Source: Blepharisma stoltei ATCC 30299
Lineage: Eukaryota > Protista > Ciliophora
DNA length: 64,000 nucleotides
Assembly: GCA_965603825.1 (NCBI GenBank)
Contig: CBFDEM010000055.1
Location: 434,001 to 498,000 of the forward strand
Direction: 5' to 3'
In this document: positions 60,678 through 64,000 of the stretch, one piece after another
Layout of the letters: every line of letters starts with the position of its first letter
How positions within the stretch are numbered: position 1 is the first letter of the stretch
The notes under the pieces: model-generated
Database searches by the model: none
What the model saw: only the letters and a program-made list of their open reading frames with translations
Told to the model about the DNA's origin: nothing
Program-made: the position numbers and the translations under genes

Positions 60678-63600
60678 ATGTTTTATACCAAAGATACCAC
60701 ACAAAATTTTGGTTATTATCTGCTCCTGTGAAAACTGCTTGTATCAATTTTTATATTGAATTTCTGCAATTGCTTAGAAATAATTGTGATTTACAAAAAA
60801 AATAGTTCTATCTGAAGCGAAAACTTTATTTTTGAGTTATCATCTGATAATAATGCCTTTACTGGCTGGCATAACTGTGAATATTCAGAGATTTCAATTT
60901 GCCTTAATCTTTATGAAAATGCTGGTCTAGTTTTAGACTTAACAGAAAGCATTGAAACTCAGTTTTTTATTTCAGAAATGTGCAAAGAAAGAGAAATTTC
61001 CCATTTGGTGTTTGAAAATAAGTTAAATTATATTGATCATTGAACTTTCTCAATAATGCCTTCATCTTCGGACCAAATTAAATCTTTTATAGCTTACTCA
61101 AATATTTTGGTTGAGAAAGAGGCCTTATGATCTATAATGGGATAAAAAATTTTTTAAAAGAATATGCGGAAAAATACTCAGAAAATTTTGACTATTTAAC
61201 TATTGAGGAAGAAGCAAATACAGACGATTTAGTTAAGCGAATTATTACTCCACTTGGAGAAACTTTATATTATGTTTTTATGGAATCTTCTGAATCTTTA
61301 AAATTGCAGAGTGCTTTAATAGCTACAAATCTTTTAACAACTGGAAATGCAATTGTTTTTGATCAGAAAAGCGGATATGGCTGCGCAGTTGATGGAATTT
61401 TAATTGTTACTGTTAAAGGAGAAGAGCTCAGTTCTTCGAACGAGGACTATTTAAAATCGTCAATGCGGAGGATAATTTCTTATTTATTAGATCACATTAA
61501 AACTGAAAGCAGCCTTGAAATTCATTTTCAATTAAATTTATTTTCAAAAAATAATACAAGAGAATTTTCTTTATTAAATGTCCAAGATGGAAAAAGAGTA
61601 ATAGTAGGCGAAATAAATAATGGGAAATTATTTATATTAAAAAAATTTCTTTTCCAGGCAATTCTAAAGAAATCCCTAAATCGCAAAAAAAAATATTACA
61701 GCTAAGCATTGAAGCTGGCTCTTCAAATCCAACTGGTCCACCTATATCTGTCGGACAAATTGGAGGATATGGCTCATATGCAGCCCGTGATATAATTAAC
61801 GTCAGCTCTGGGCTTCTTGATAACTTTAAAATCAGCCTTTTCAATTTTGATTGTGGAGTCACTATTTATAACTCCACATTTGCTAATACTTGCTATTTAA
61901 AAGATAAAAACAGTTTTGGCCTAGCACATATATCAGCCTGAGCATCAGTTATGGCAATCGGGTCAATGAAATCTTTTAACCAGCTAAATTTATCCTTCCC
62001 TGTTATAAGTGCTTCGAATGGAGATGTCACGCTTAATTCGACAAAAAATTACCCAATGTATATGAGAATTCAGGCTTCTTTTTCTCATGAATATTCATTA
62101 ATTCCTATTTTTATTCGTGCTTTAGGCTGGAGAAAGGTGGCAGTCCTTTATCAAAATGATACATGAGGCCTGTCTGGGTACGTTTATTTTAACCAAGGAA
62201 GTAAAGGCCATGATTTATCTTTAGTTAACCCAGAAAGTAGCAGAGCTTTTCCTGGGAATCTTAATAGAGAGGAAGTAAAAGAACATTCGCATATACTTCA
62301 AGAAATAGTAAACTCTGAGGCGAGATTTTTGATTTTAATAATGCAGTATCCGACTGCTTATTATATTTTTGAAGAATTTTATGATTTAGGATTAAGAAAA
62401 GGGGATCTAGTAATTTTTACATCACTTTCAGACCTGATTACATTTTCCGCATATGATAATGCTTATAAACATAAAGTATATGAAGTGGCTGTGCCTATTA
62501 TGACTGGGCATGGGCAAAGCTGGGTTGGGCCATTAGGAGAAAAAGCACTTTCGCAAATAGAAAAATCATATGGCGGATTAATAAACTCGTATAGCTGCTT
62601 TTATTTTGATGCTATCTTTTTAATTACTTATGCGCTGGATTTTATGATTAATAGAGGGATGGACTATACTGATCCTGATAAACTACAAAAAGTTATGAGA
62701 AATCAGCAGTTCTATGGGTGTACTGGGCAAGTTAATATAGAAAAAGGGTCAAATGATAGGATTATCCAAACTTTTGAAATTTTTTTAAATAAAATAGACG
62801 AAAATGGAAATTTAACTACTTATGTGATGGGGCAGTTTCGGCCTCAAAGCACACAGCTAATAACAATCCAAGAGCCTTTGGTATATGCAGATGGCTCCAC
62901 AACAAAGCCAGCAGACTTAAGAAGCACTGATTATAAATGCCCTTTCCCTGACAGACTTGTAAAAACCTTCCCAGATGGAAGAGCCTTAGTTTTCGGGATT
63001 TGTTTTGGCGTTGGATTAATCTACCTTGGCATCGTAATTTATATATGAAATCGATGATGAAAAATTTCTATTGAGCCGCTAAAGCGAAAAGAAGAAATTT
63101 CTATGCAAGACGTGATTGAGATCAGTAATATGCTTTCCCTAAGCCTAAACGATATCCTTAAGCTCCAAAATGGGGTATTTTGAATAGTGGTTGACGTCGT
63201 TTTTGGGGCTATAGGCTTATGAGTAATTTTATGTTTTGTAATTCTTACTAGGCTTGATGAGAAATTTCCGACAATTGTTATGCTGAGACATTTAGACGCT
63301 TTAGCTGACTATCTTATGCCAATTTTAGGGAATCTTTGCTTTATTCCTTTTACTTCAGTGTGCCTTGACATCTTTTTGTGTGACCAATCAATTGGTGATA
63401 GCTTTACAGAAAGTTTTCTAGCTTGGGATTGCTATTATTTTTGCTGAAAAGGTGAGCATTTATATTATGCCGTTTTTTCAGTTTTGGCGCTGACTGCTTA
63501 TGCTCCGCTTGCAATATTTTGTAGGCCTCTTTGACAAGAGCTGCAACCGCTTTTGCATGTAAAAGCAATCCCACTTTTTTTGATGGTAAAAACAATGGTT

Positions 63601-64000
63601 CAAATAATTTTAATTGTGATGAATAAGACAGTCAAAAGGGCTCAAAGCGCCCTTCATGGAGCTTTATTTTTGATAGTGATGCTTATTTATATTAGTTTTT
63701 TGCATAAATTCAAGCCTTATAACTACGCAAGATTCAGCTGATGGCAAACTTTGATTTTAATAGCAGTTGTATGGCTTGCTTTTCTTTCGATGGTTGCACA
63801 GAGTATTGGAGGGAATCCATTTATATTGTCAGCTATGCTATGCTCAGGTTGAGTAGTTATTATATTAGTTGGCATTTATGTGCAGCATAAAAAATACCCA
63901 AGTTTACTTTTTCGCAAAAGGGGCCAAGATACATCAACTTTGTTTAAATTTGCTTTTGCATTTGGCAGGCATTCAAAGCAAGCTTTACAAAAGATTGTTC
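60678..64000 (+). pseudogene. Receptor-like gene 6, probable pseudogene (runs off window end)
   Basis: 1-nt deletions near 61095 and 61640, plus an 81-nt in-frame deletion near 63117 removing the second TM helix present in all five paralogues. Confidence 0.75.

Larger units (their letters stand above)
39784..64000 (+). repeat. Tandem gene array, six ~3.8-4.9 kb units
   Basis: Collinear repeated coding sequence starting at 39784, 43794, 48149, 53034, 56808 and 60678. Confidence 0.92.

Noticed and set aside
61085-61650. Programmed ribosomal frameshifting in receptor 6
   Set aside because: Not conserved in five paralogues, no Euplotes-type AAA-TAR site, and accompanied by a TM deletion; decay or sequencing error is simpler
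1-64000. Mycoplasma or mitochondrial origin (code 4)
   Set aside because: Nuclear eukaryotic genes (CFAP44, ESCRT-I, COA4) and spliceosomal introns are present
1-64000. tRNA/rRNA genes, transposases, telomeric C4A2 repeats, CRISPR arrays
   Set aside because: None recognised by eye; a covariance-model scan would be needed to exclude small RNAs

Overview
AT-rich, gene-dense eukaryotic DNA, not bacterial. Two signals identify it. (1) In-frame TGA encodes Trp: TGA and TGG alternate at aligned positions of tandem paralogues, while TAA and TAG are the stops. (2) The spliceosomal introns are only 15-16 nt, with an A fixed at position 10. This combination is known for the heterotrich ciliate Blepharisma (macronuclear genome); the taxon is my inference. 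The supplied standard-code ORF track fragments most genes, so I rebuilt the models by hand with TGA=W. Left ~39 kb: three tandem NRF-6/acyltransferase-3 O-acyltransferases, CFAP44, two tandem HACD/PHS1 dehydratases, TXNDC9-like, COA4-like, a C2-coiled-coil-GAS2 protein, a DUF229 protein with an MGAT5-like C-terminal module, VPS37-like, ankyrin-SAM, rhomboid, S28 peptidase, SPFH and several orphans. Right ~24 kb: a head-to-tail array of six receptor-like genes, five intact (~1150 aa) and one pseudogene. Each has a signal peptide, two Venus-flytrap-like modules and a ~9-helix membrane domain that is not class-C 7TM. The array shows mosaic gene conversion and contains an unrelated inserted ORF. 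All family calls come from motif recognition by eye; no searches were run.
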